Below are positions 1-10,607 of a stretch of 64,000 nt of DNA, piece by piece. The stretch comes from Mayamaea pseudoterrestris (taxonomy: Eukaryota). The notes below the pieces were generated by a model, which had not been told where the DNA came from, made no database searches, and saw only the letters and a program-made list of their open reading frames with translations. The translations under genes were made by a program, and so were the position numbers. The stretch covers positions 620,001 through 684,000 of the forward strand of contig BROI01000005.1 in assembly GCA_027923505.1 (NCBI GenBank), read 5' to 3'. Numbering within the stretch: the first letter of the stretch is position 1; the number at the start of each line of letters is the position of its first letter.

Positions 1-2
1 AA

Positions 3-998
3 CGGACCGAGCGGAAGATTGAGTCTCATTACAATGGATCGCAGTATGGCGATGGTATCTACACCTGCGACGATGGGCTTTCGTACCGCAACACGTACGG
101 ACCGGTATGCTTGCTCGTTGCGCGACTCAAGGGAGCCACTGACACTGTCGTTTCAAACGCTACCTATGCGGCGGGAAGGCTCGTTGTGTTGCGCACGTGC
201 GAGCAATGTGTTCCGATTCTACAGTTTACGCTGGAGCCGAATGCCCTCATTCACAAGTATCACGACGATATTCAAGCTTTGATTGACCAGTTTTTCAACG
301 TTGACTGTGTTGCGGCGCCTGTCGCTGTTTCGCGTAACAAGACTTTATATTACACTGCGCCGGACGTGTTTGACGCTGGCGCCTTGGCAAAGATTACGAG
401 CATTTCGGCCAAGAAAATCTGCGCGACGGACGATTGCTGCGTCATTTGCCATGAGCTGCTCGAGTCCCAACAAGTTGGTCAGCTCCAGGGATGTGGACAT
501 TGCCAGTTCCACTATGAGTGCATTGTCGAGGCAGTTGGCCACTCGAGCCGCTGTCCCTTGTGCTCCAAGAACCTTGTGGAACCCCAAGGCACAATGCCAA
601 CGGGAGAGATGCGTATCACGATTCAGTCTACTTTGACCTGCGGAGGATATGCTCTTGGTACTATCCAGATTGATTACATTTTGGAAAGTGGCGTCCAAAA
701 GGTATATCACGCCAGCCCAGGAGTTGCGTTTGAAGGAACGCGACGCACAGCCTTTTTGCCTGACAATATTGAAGGCCAGCTCTTGTTGAAGCGTCTCGAA
801 TATGCGTTTCTCCATGGACTCACGTTTACGGTCGGCACTTCACTGACGACGGGCAAGACGAACAGCATTGTTTGGGCTTCGATTCATCACAAGACGGCAC
901 CCCTGGGCGGTTCTTTTGGCTTTCCCGACCCGAACTATTTCTGGAACTGCAACGAAGAGCTTGATCACTTGGGTGTGCCTTCCGCTCTGTATTTGTAG
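3..998 (+). CDS. PARP-like ART domain + RING-H2 + Deltex C-terminal (DTC) protein, copy 1 (5'-truncated by window edge)
   Basis: The frame is open from nt 3 (RTERKIESHYNGSQYGDGIYTC...YGPVCLLVARLKG). RING CVIC...CGHCQFHYEC...CPLC. DTC motifs RTAFLPD, AF..GLTFTVGTS.TTG, IHHKT, FGFPDPNY..C.EEL..LGV. Confidence 0.88.
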   Translation, partial: RTERKIESHYNGSQYGDGIYTCDDGLSYRNTYGPVCLLVARLKGATDTVVSNATYAAGRLVVLRTCEQCVPILQFTLEPNALIHKYHDDIQALIDQFFNVDCVAAPVAVSRNKTLYYTAPDVFDAGALAKITSISAKKICATDDCCVICHELLESQQVGQLQGCGHCQFHYECIVEAVGHSSRCPLCSKNLVEPQGTMPTGEMRITIQSTLTCGGYALGTIQIDYILESGVQKVYHASPGVAFEGTRRTAFLPDNIEGQLLLKRLEYAFLHGLTFTVGTSLTTGKTNSIVWASIHHKTAPLGGSFGFPDPNYFWNCNEELDHLGVPSALYL

Positions 999-1370
999 AC
1001 TTGCTGCAAATCTTTCGTGCTGAATGCGGATAGTACAGTTTATTGCTGCCTGAAATTGTGTATTTTGATAGCGTCGACAAATGTTGCATTCTTATAGAAT
1101 CAGACTTTCGATACAACTAAATTGCCTATGCCACGAACTATAGCATCATTAATCTTGGATACCATATTCCCATATATATTGTCGTTTGCATAGGCGAGAT
1201 TCGTTTAAGGATTTGGCGAGCGTTTCATTTAGCTACGTGCAACTCGTCTAGCCTGAACCTTAACGATCACGGTTTCCCGCAAAAATTTGAGCGAGCGAAA
1301 CCGACCTGCTTGCTTTCGCCATGGTTCACGACCGGACGCACATTCTGCGTTTGTCCGTTCACACTCCACC

Positions 1371-3125
1371 ATGATGCAGCATCTACAGGACTGTGTAGCG
1401 TCTTTCATTGACAGTGTGGAGCATCTGTTTGCGGAGACGCTCTACGTTGGATTTGTCATGTTTGTCGCGTGGAAACAGCTCCTTCGTCTTGGATTGTTCG
1501 TATTGAACCGTTTGCGAGACATGAGTGATACGACTGTTCCCAACGATCATGGCGATGGTAAACAGAACGTAAATAGTGATGAAGACAATGAAGAGCAGGA
1601 AGTAGATGAAAGAGACCGCGAAGCAGAAGTAGCGCAGCAACTGGAGGATGACCGCTTATTTGCCGAATCCTTGCAAGCAAAATTCGAGAACGAGAGCAAG
1701 ATGGAAGCGGAAAAACTAATGTTTTGCTCACCAAAGGGAAAGGCATGGAAATTTGTGGATGCTGTTATTCAGCTGCACAATTCATGTGAGCAGTACAATC
1801 TTCAACAGACTTCTGGTGTTCCCACGGGTGTCACGACTGTTGCTATCGACGACTTGGTATTTCTTGTCGTGCGAATGCTTGCCAAGCAGAAGGAGTTCAA
1901 GTCTTTGAGTATTTGCAGCCATGTGGACATTGGTTTCCATTGGACTAGGCACGAAAACATGAAGCGCATAAGAACCGACGGGCTTTTGACTTTCAAGGAA
2001 CGATCGAAGCGTCAGATTCATGCAAAGCATAATGGCTCCACCTACGGAGATGGCGTTTACACCAGCGACTTGCATACATCGCATAAGGATTTTGGCCCTG
2101 TCTGTCTCCTTGTCGCCCGACTTAAAGGAGCTACGTCAAATGTTGTTTCGGATTCGACGACGTATGAACAGAGCCCAATGGTCGTTTTGCGCTCCTCGGC
2201 GCAAGTCGTGCCGCTGATCCAATTCACCACAGCATCAGACAACCTTGTTCACCAGTACAAGTCCCGTCTCCAGGCTTTGATTGACATTTTCATCAATGCT
2301 CCAATAGTGCCGGCTGGTATAGGAAAGAAGATCAGCCTGCACGGTAATATGGCTGGACAGTCTCCCGCCACAGCGTCACCGTTCAATGGCGCCGTCGGTT
2401 TCTTCAATAATGCCGCTCCCGTCCAGGCTGCTCCCATCCAGGCTCTCGCACAAGTTCCGATTGTCACTACGATCCACTATGATGCACCCCACTCGCTTGG
2501 TGACAGTGCTCGCGATTTTATCACGACGATTTCGGCGGGCGCGATGTCCTTTTCAAGTAGCGACTGCGCTATTTGTCTCAATCCTTTGAATGCTACAGAC
2601 GTCGGGCAAGTCAAGACTTGCGGCCATGAATTTCACCTTGCGTGTGTTCACAATGCGATTGCGCATTCAAGTCGATGTCCTCTGTGCAATAAGAACATTG
2701 TCGAGCCTCAGGGCAAGATGCCATCAGGCGACATGGTATATCGAACATGGCATAACGTTTCTTGCACAGGTTTCGCGCACGCTGGTACGATTGAAATCAA
2801 CTACTCCATTCCGAGTGGCATTCAAGAGGAGTATCACAGTAGTCCCGGAAGTCACTTTCTGGGAGCGGTACGCATTGCGTATCTACCGGACGTTAGCGAA
2901 GGTCGATTCCTTTTGAAGCGGCTCGTCTACGCTTTTGAGCACGGGCTAACATTTACGATTGGCACATCGCTGAGCACGGGACAGCTGAACGTTGTGACCT
3001 GGGCGTCGATTCATCACAAGACGAGCAGATCTGGTGGCGCCCATGGATTCCCAGACAATAGCTACTTTTGGAACTGCAACGATGAACTTGACGCGTTGGG
3101 AGTTCCGCGGGCCGACATGTTGTAG
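1371..3125 (+). CDS. PARP-like ART + RING-H2 + DTC protein, copy 2, with N-terminal hydrophobic segment and UIM/MIU-like helix
   Basis: First ATG at 1371. ART-like DIGFHWT..NMKRIRTDGL and NGSTYGDGVYTSD; RING CAIC...CGHEFHLAC...CPLC; DTC RIAYLPD...IHHKT...HGFPD. The start could instead be 1521. Confidence 0.88.
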   Translation: MMQHLQDCVASFIDSVEHLFAETLYVGFVMFVAWKQLLRLGLFVLNRLRDMSDTTVPNDHGDGKQNVNSDEDNEEQEVDERDREAEVAQQLEDDRLFAESLQAKFENESKMEAEKLMFCSPKGKAWKFVDAVIQLHNSCEQYNLQQTSGVPTGVTTVAIDDLVFLVVRMLAKQKEFKSLSICSHVDIGFHWTRHENMKRIRTDGLLTFKERSKRQIHAKHNGSTYGDGVYTSDLHTSHKDFGPVCLLVARLKGATSNVVSDSTTYEQSPMVVLRSSAQVVPLIQFTTASDNLVHQYKSRLQALIDIFINAPIVPAGIGKKISLHGNMAGQSPATASPFNGAVGFFNNAAPVQAAPIQALAQVPIVTTIHYDAPHSLGDSARDFITTISAGAMSFSSSDCAICLNPLNATDVGQVKTCGHEFHLACVHNAIAHSSRCPLCNKNIVEPQGKMPSGDMVYRTWHNVSCTGFAHAGTIEINYSIPSGIQEEYHSSPGSHFLGAVRIAYLPDVSEGRFLLKRLVYAFEHGLTFTIGTSLSTGQLNVVTWASIHHKTSRSGGAHGFPDNSYFWNCNDELDALGVPRADML

Positions 3126-3781
3126 CTTTCTGGCACTAGACGGTACTACAAGTGGGAATGTTTTAAAATCGCAAGAAAGAGTCGAAAGCTAAGATACAGC
3201 GTTCAATTACGTAATCTTATAGCACGACTTATCCTCTTCGTCATTAATGCTCCATACGGCGACGGTCGAATTGTCATAATGACGCTAGCGCCAATCCTTC
3301 CACTGTGGCGGAGCGGATAGCTAGTTTTGTCACCGCTACGACATTTTTAAATTTAAATTTTAGTCGACGCGCAATAGCAAATTCCGAAGATCCCGCCGTC
3401 GTTTTTGGACCGCGGACAATTTCTTGTACGATGAGCACAGAACACAGAGAGTCTGCTGTCTGAACAATTTGTTTTTGGCAATGACAAGAGTATAGTCATT
3501 TCATATTTGTTACTAAAGTGGCCGACTCCGATGTGCCGATGTCGCACCTCGATGGAGATGGAGACTTTCGCACCAGCACGTGAAGCCGTTCGCCTTGGCT
3601 TTCGCATTAAGCCATGCGCTGCGACATCCAGTTGAGCGTGAACGAAAATTCGCAACGAAGAGGCAACTTTAAGCGTTGAGATTTCCAAGGAGCGAGCGTT
3701 TCGGTTTTCAAGTCAATCGACTTGCGAAGCAAAAAATAACAGCATTGTTTTGCTGCAGCTGAACGACAAACACGACAAGCC

Positions 3782-5044
3782 ATGGCATCTTCGGCACAGG
3801 ACAAGGCCAAGACGTTCGTTCAAGCAGTCTCAGATCATCATGAATCGCTTAAGCAGGCTAATGGAACAAGCGCTGCGGCATCACCCCAAATCATGGCGAC
3901 AAATCTGTCCCAGTTTGTCGAGCGCCTGCTTGCGAAGCAAGAGGAGTTTAAGGCCATGAATGTGTGCAGCCAGATTGACATTGGCTTCCATTGGACGCAG
4001 ATAGGACACGTACATAGCATTGATACGCATGGCTTGCTGACTTTACAAGAACGTATCGCGAAAGGCATTCAGTCGAAATTTAATGGCTCGGGGTGGGGTG
4101 ACGGCATTTACACTTCCGATGACCACCGTCAATGTAGCAATCAGGCGTATGGGCCAGTCTGTTTACTGGTCGCTCGACTCAAGGGTGTGACTTCAGCTGA
4201 CCCAAACCTGCTGAGCGCTACCTACGCTCAGGCTCCTTATGTAGTGCTGCGGTGTTCGGATCAGTGTGTACCGATTTTGCGATTTGATGCCACGCCGGAT
4301 GCTATTATTCACCAGTATCAAGCTGGTATACATAATCTGATAGACGCTCACCTCAACAGGGTGAAATCTCAAGCTTCTATTGACAAGTGTCTATATTACA
4401 CGGCTCCGGAAGTTTTGAACGATGGTGCCTTGGATAAAATCATTATGATACCAGATACGCCCAAACATTTGACAGATGATTGTGTCATTTGCCTGCACGC
4501 CCTCGGAACGAAGGAAATTGGGCAAATCGAGGGATGTGGGCATCGGTTTCATTGGGCATGCATCATTGAAGCAACGTCATATTCGACGCGGTGTCCCTTG
4601 TGCACAACCGCCATTGTTGAACCACAAGGCAAAATGCCTTCGGGTCAGATGACAGTCCAGCGCCGACGCGACATGACATGTGAAGGCTACGGGCCCGGCT
4701 CCATTCAGATTGATTATCGTCTAGATGGTGGTGTCCAGAAGTTGTATCACGGTAACCCTGGGGTTGCTTTCCAGGGTACAACGCGTACAGCCTACTTGCC
4801 GGATACTACGGAAGGACTTCTTTTGCTCAAGCGGCTCGAGTACGCGTTCAACCACGGTCTCACCTTTACCGTAGGTACCTCGGTGACCCAAGGCACACCA
4901 AACGTTGTAACGTGGACGTCGATTCATCACAAGACGTCACCCACGGGAGGGACGGCATCCTATGGCTTTCCAGACGATGGCTACTTTTTCAATTGCAACG
5001 AAGAGCTGGATAACTTGGGTGTCCCTTCGGCTGATTTATTGTGA
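3782..5044 (+). CDS. PARP-like ART + RING-H2 + DTC protein, copy 3
   Basis: DIGFHWT...IDTHGL, NGSGWGDGIYTSD, YGPVCLLVARLKG; RING CVIC...CGHRFHWAC...CPLC; DTC RTAYLPD...IHHKT...YGFPD...EEL. Confidence 0.9.
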   Translation: MASSAQDKAKTFVQAVSDHHESLKQANGTSAAASPQIMATNLSQFVERLLAKQEEFKAMNVCSQIDIGFHWTQIGHVHSIDTHGLLTLQERIAKGIQSKFNGSGWGDGIYTSDDHRQCSNQAYGPVCLLVARLKGVTSADPNLLSATYAQAPYVVLRCSDQCVPILRFDATPDAIIHQYQAGIHNLIDAHLNRVKSQASIDKCLYYTAPEVLNDGALDKIIMIPDTPKHLTDDCVICLHALGTKEIGQIEGCGHRFHWACIIEATSYSTRCPLCTTAIVEPQGKMPSGQMTVQRRRDMTCEGYGPGSIQIDYRLDGGVQKLYHGNPGVAFQGTTRTAYLPDTTEGLLLLKRLEYAFNHGLTFTVGTSVTQGTPNVVTWTSIHHKTSPTGGTASYGFPDDGYFFNCNEELDNLGVPSADLL

Positions 5045-5407
5045 TGAACAGCGTTGGAATGCACTACTTACATTGTAAACTTTATACTATGTGTATGTAT
5101 ACAATGCGTTCGCAACCAACGGTACGAACTGCTCTACTGATGGATAAAAGATAACACACAGCATGTGGACTTGTACCGGTAGTCTAAATTTACTAACATG
5201 TAAACTGTAAACATCATTGTCTAACTCACCATGACTACTTTTTGTTGCGCAAACAGCATTGCTTTGTTAGCGGCAAGCATTGGAAGGATTCTACCTTGTC
5301 GCAAATCCGACTGATCGCTAATTCAATCGTGGTCGTGATCGTCGTACCGGTTTTACAGATGGTTTGCTGTGCTTCGCATTTGAAACGCGCAGCCGCCACC
5401 CTTCACC

Positions 5408-6613
5408 ATGGCGCAAAACATCCGCTTCGTAATACATCCACTGGAAAGCAGCAAGACGCTTGTCTACCATAGTCAAGCAAGCAGCATAGTAGAGGCTGAA
5501 TTCACTGTTTGCAAATCTGAGGAAAGCATGAGTCTTGAAATCAACGAGATGAGCAAAGAAGCAGTCGCCAGCATGGAACGGATACAATCAGCTGATGAAT
5601 CCATATCCTCCGACTCCATGACATCTCCAACGCTATCCGACCTTGGCATGTATCTCAGTAGACCAGAAACGACATCAACGACAAGTAGCTTATTCGACAA
5701 GACAGCCATGGCCGTTCCCGTCGCTGCCATTAAGGCGCTATTGGGCGTCGTGCAGCGCAGCCAGGCCGAAACCATGATGGGTTTGCAGGACGAGCTCCGC
5801 CACGCCACGACGGAAATCTTGTCCAACACTTCGTTGCGCAAACGCCGATCGCAGATTGCGCTGCAGAGTGGATGCGAACTCTTTCTCAAGTACATTACGC
5901 GCACCTTTTTGGAACTGCCAAACTTTGACGAGTGTCGCAAGCAAGTGTTGCAGCGGGGCGAGCGCTTTCACACCATTTCGCTCGCGGCGCGGGATCGCAT
6001 CGTTGCGCAGGCGCAAGAGTTTGTCAAGGGAACGGTACTGACGCACGGATGGAGTCGCGTCGTGGCGGCGATACTGCTGGAGGCGAGTCAGACCAAGCAG
6101 TTTGATTTGATTGTCTTGGAGGGTCGACCCGATTTGAGCGGCGCCAAGGCGGCAGCTAGTTACGCGCAGGAAACTAACATACCCGTTCGAGTCATTACCG
6201 ACGCGGCCATGGCCTATGTTATGGAAAAGGTGGACATGGTGCTTGTTGGAGCGGAAGGAGTGCTGGAGAATGGCGGTGTTGTCAACAAGATTGGAACTTA
6301 TGCACTGGCGACTTGCGCCAAGGCACATAGCAAGCCATTCTACGTGGCAGCAGAGTCGTACAAGTTTGCCCGACTCTATCCATTGAGTCAGTCGGATGTT
6401 CCGCAAAGCTCGGTCAATAGTGCGCCCATGGAATTTTTGACGGCACAAGATGGGGACGGAAAGGTTGCCAAGATTGAAATGCCGAAGAATGTAGAGCTGG
6501 TTAATCCAATGACCGACTTTACGCCGTCCAACTACATTACGCTGCTCTTTACTGATCTTGGTGTTTTGACGCCGAGCGCTGTTTCTGATGAACTCATTCG
6601 ATTGTATCAGTAA
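5408..6613 (+). CDS. EIF2B1: Translation initiation factor eIF2B alpha subunit
   Basis: AMAVPVAAIKALL, ETMMGL, SGCELF, VLTHGWSRVV, VLVGAEGVLENGGVVNKIGT, AESYKFARLYPL, LLFTDLGVLTPSAVSDELIRLY. Start uncertain (5408, 5528 or later). Confidence 0.93.
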   Translation: MAQNIRFVIHPLESSKTLVYHSQASSIVEAEFTVCKSEESMSLEINEMSKEAVASMERIQSADESISSDSMTSPTLSDLGMYLSRPETTSTTSSLFDKTAMAVPVAAIKALLGVVQRSQAETMMGLQDELRHATTEILSNTSLRKRRSQIALQSGCELFLKYITRTFLELPNFDECRKQVLQRGERFHTISLAARDRIVAQAQEFVKGTVLTHGWSRVVAAILLEASQTKQFDLIVLEGRPDLSGAKAAASYAQETNIPVRVITDAAMAYVMEKVDMVLVGAEGVLENGGVVNKIGTYALATCAKAHSKPFYVAAESYKFARLYPLSQSDVPQSSVNSAPMEFLTAQDGDGKVAKIEMPKNVELVNPMTDFTPSNYITLLFTDLGVLTPSAVSDELIRLYQ

Positions 6614-6702
6614 ATGCTTGAACGAGTGAACTATGTACGCGCGTGGTGGAGGATAAAATCATGTCTCTAATTGTAATTTAACCTTTCAACATGTCTGTTC
6701 AA

Positions 6703-9700
6703 CTACAACTCATCATCAAACGACGTATAAACCTCTTCTTGAGCATCGTCCATTGAGTCAAAGTGATGCGTAATTTCTTCAATTTCACGAAAGAGCTGGA
6801 GCACAATCGCTGCAAAGATTGGAACCAAAAAGAGGACCAGCCAAAGCAGCATGCGATTTCCTCGCTTCTTGCCATTCTTGTTGTCAATGCCGGCAAAGCT
6901 GCAGGGATCTTCACTAACGGGAATGAGGCGCATCAAGAAGCCAACCGGCAAGGACATGGCGCCCATGGCAACCGTCAATCGCCACTCCTGCCAGCTAAGC
7001 TTGTATGTTTGCGTAAAATCTCCTCCAAACTCGACAATGCAGAATTGTGCCACTACGGTAAAGAGAATGACGAGCAGAAACGTGGGACTCCGAGAGAGTG
7101 ATCGAATAGGGTCAAATCGGTCGCCAATTTCACGAGCGTTGAACTCGTTAAAGACTTGGCAAAACACAAAGGCATTGAAGACTATTGTAAAGTGGTGCCG
7201 CGAGCCATCCTCGCACTTAAACATTCGCGGGCCCTCCTTCAACAAGAACACCAAGAGCGACAATTGGTAGATTGCTTGGCAGATAATGTTGCGCCACATG
7301 GGACGACTGATCAAACTGGCGTCACGTCGGTATGGGCGGCGCTCGAGCAACTCTGGCAACGGCGGTTCTGTTCCAAGCGCCAAAGCACCCATTGTATCCA
7401 TAATCAAGTTCACCCAAAGCATCATGACAGCGTTTAGAGGAGGCTGGTATCCAACGACAGCGGCCATGAAGGTAATTGTTAACGCGACAACGTTAACCGT
7501 AAGCTGAAACTGTAGAAACTTGCGAATATTGTCAAACACGGAACGTCCCCAAAGAACAGCTTTGACAATTGACGAGAAACGATCGTCCATAATGATAATG
7601 TCAGACGCCTTCTTGGCAACGTCGGTGCCGCTCAGGCCCATGGATAGACCCACATCGGCAGCCTTTAATGCTGGCGCATCATTTGTTCCATCGCCAGTTA
7701 CTCCAACGACTTCACCAACACCGCCTCGGCTGACATCCCATTCCTGCTTATATCCAGGGAGCAACATATCCTTTTGCGTCTCATAGTCGCATCCAGGATG
7801 AGCTTCCATCCACGCTTCCCTGGTCTCCGGCAAAAGCCGTCCAGTCAATCGTTGCACCAGCGTATGCTTGTCATCAGGACTAGACCGGGCCAACACTTGT
7901 AGGCGAGGAAGAATCTCGTCAAGTTGGGCAGGGCTGAGTTTTCGGAAGTCTTCGCCAATCATCGCGAGGCCGTCTATGAAGAGCAATAGAAGTACGGTGA
8001 GAAAGATACTCAGCTAAACAGTATCAACTTCATTAAATATCTTCAGCATCATACCTTTTGTCAAAATACCAGCTTGCTTGGCAATAGCAACTGCCGTGTC
8101 CAGGTTATCGCCAGTGACCATGCGAACAAAGATTCCCGATCGTTGGCAATTTGCGACGGCTTCAATCACATCCTCGCGAAGTGGATCCATAATGCCAGCC
8201 AACGCGTCAAAGCAAAGGTTGCGCTCCAACTTGTTTTCAATGTCCTTTATGGTGCAATTAGCAGGGTCCAAAACGTTCTGCACGTTGCTGCGATGAGCCA
8301 ACGCAACACACCTTAAGGCATCGTTTGCAAAGTCCTTGAGAATGGCTTCAAATTCCGCACGCTTTTGTGCCGTGAGTGGCTTTTCGGATCCATCAATATC
8401 CAAAAACGTAGTGCAACTAGCGAGTACAAGCTCCGCTGCTCCCTTGTGGTACAGAGTCCACTTGACGGAACGGGGATCGTCGGAATGAGTCTTGACCAAT
8501 ACCGACATGCGCTTGCGCTGACTCGAAAATGGCAGCAAGCGACTACCACCCGCTTCTCCAAACCGCGCCGACTCGCGACGCACGTCCGTGTCATCAAAGC
8601 GACCCCAGGCCGACTGCGCCAAGAGCAGCAAGGCTGCCTCGGTCTTGTTTCCAATCATTTGCGGTCGAACATCCTGCAGCTCGTTCGTTGACGAAGGTTC
8701 AACGTGAGCAATCTTGGCCGTCGAGCACATGCTAATGCAATTGAGAATAACGTCAAAAGCCTTGGCACTGACAAGCATGGGAACGCGATTGACGCAGTCG
8801 TCGCAAAGTGTATCGGCAAAGACACCTCGAACGACAGTCATTCGATTTTCCGTCAATGTCCCTGCAAGAGCAACGGTAAACGATATCGGTGAGACGAAGC
8901 AACTATGACTATTGCTCTACTCAGACAAACTTTTGCAAAGCTTACCAGTCTTGTCCGAGCAAATGTTTGTAGCGTTTCCCATTGTTTCACAGGCTGACAA
9001 GTGGCGAATCAAGTTTTGATCCGCCAACATTTTCTTGGTAGAAAATGCGAGCGAAATTGTCACTGCCAGCGGCAAGCCTTCCGGAACCGCCACCACGACA
9101 ATGGTGACTCCAATGATGAACGCCTCGAGCGCATACGACAAGACGGAAACGTGATGCAAGTACGGCGGATCAACGATAATCTTGATGGACATCATGGCGA
9201 CAAAGGTCGCTCCTGCCGCCGCCATGCCAATGTATCCAATCATGGCAGCCATGTCATCGAGTTTCTCCTGCAGCGGCGTCTGTCCCTGCTCCTTGTCCAA
9301 GTGACTCTTAATGATACCCCACTGCGAGTCCTTGCCGACGGCAATGGCCAAAAAGACTCCATTCCCCGCTTCCGCCGTACATCCACTCAAAACAAACGGA
9401 TCATTATCCAAATCCTTATCAATATCGACAGGCTCTCCCGTCAGCGCCGACTCATCAACTTGCAACCCATCCGCCTTGATCAAGACTCCATCACACGGAA
9501 TTTCGTCACCCGCCTCAATACACACCAAGTCACCAACCACAATCTCCGTCGACGGCACTTGCCAGTGCAGTCCGTTTCTCATGACCACCACATCCATCTG
9601 ATCGTTGACAGCCGACAATTCCCGAAACTGCGACTCCTTTTGGTAGTCGTTGAGCGCCGTCACCACACTGACAATCGACACGGCCGCCAGTATGGCGCAG

Positions 9701-10188
9701 CCTTCCACGTAGCCCGCCGTCGGATCGTCGTACATGCCAATCGCCAAACTAATGAGAGCGGCAATGATCAGTATGCGCAAGGTGGCGTCGTCAAAGGTTT
9801 GCAGGAGCAACTCGTAAAAGGTGGCGCGGCTTGGAGCGACTAATTCGTTGCAGCCCAGCAAGGAGCGGCGGACTGGCACGGAGGCAACGTCAATGCCGCG
9901 CGTCAAATCGACTTGGAGTGCCTTGGCGAGACCAGCTTGGTTGTCATACTGGTTTTGGAGACTATGCAAATTCGACGAGAGTGACTGCGCCTGGTTCATG
10001 CTTTGAATCATGATGCGGAGATTCGCAGCGTCCTGTTCCAGTTTGGATGCATCGGTAGTAATGACGCTGCTGCTACTGGAAGCCGCAGCTTTGGAAACAT
10101 TGGAAGATGATGATGATGCACCAAACATGCTGCTAGTGCTTCCGATTGGATCAAGTAGTAGTAGCAAGGCACTGTCCTCCTCTGACAT
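6703..10188 (-). CDS. P-type Ca2+-ATPase, type IIB (PMCA/ACA-like); 3 exons: 10188-8946, 8861-8055, 7973-6703
   Basis: DESALTGE, VVAVPEGLPLAVT, CSDKTG|TLT (rejoined across GT-AG intron 8945-8862), KGAAE, MVTGDN, VTGDGTNDAPALK, LWVNLIMDT. Second intron 8054-7974 restores the frame. Confidence 0.93.
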
Positions 10189-10607
10189 GTATGGAAACAC
10201 AAGTGCAATGCAAAACTGCTTGCTCTTGTGGTTACGTTGGGGGTTGTTCCAAACGGCGAGAGCCGTTGGCCGAGGGACGCGTGGACATTTTTCATCGCAG
10301 CGGCACTGAAATGGGAAAAACACGTGCATCATGAAAAGAAGCTCGGCTTGCGCGCCGAATGACTCGTCGGGCTTCGCTTCCCGACGAGTGACTTTCTCGA
10401 ATGACCATGGCGCGCACATATACCGCGGTCAATGGCATTACTTGGTCATTTCATTGCCAGGGTTTGCATCGCTGGCCTTGAGAGTTACGTCGACTAACGA
10501 TAGGATATCGTCGACTGTGCAGCTTGTTTTTCGCATTTTAGAGTATTCAGCAGCGAGCTGTTCGTTTCAATTGTTCGTTCCGTCGCACGCAAGCAACAAA
10601 CAAGAAC

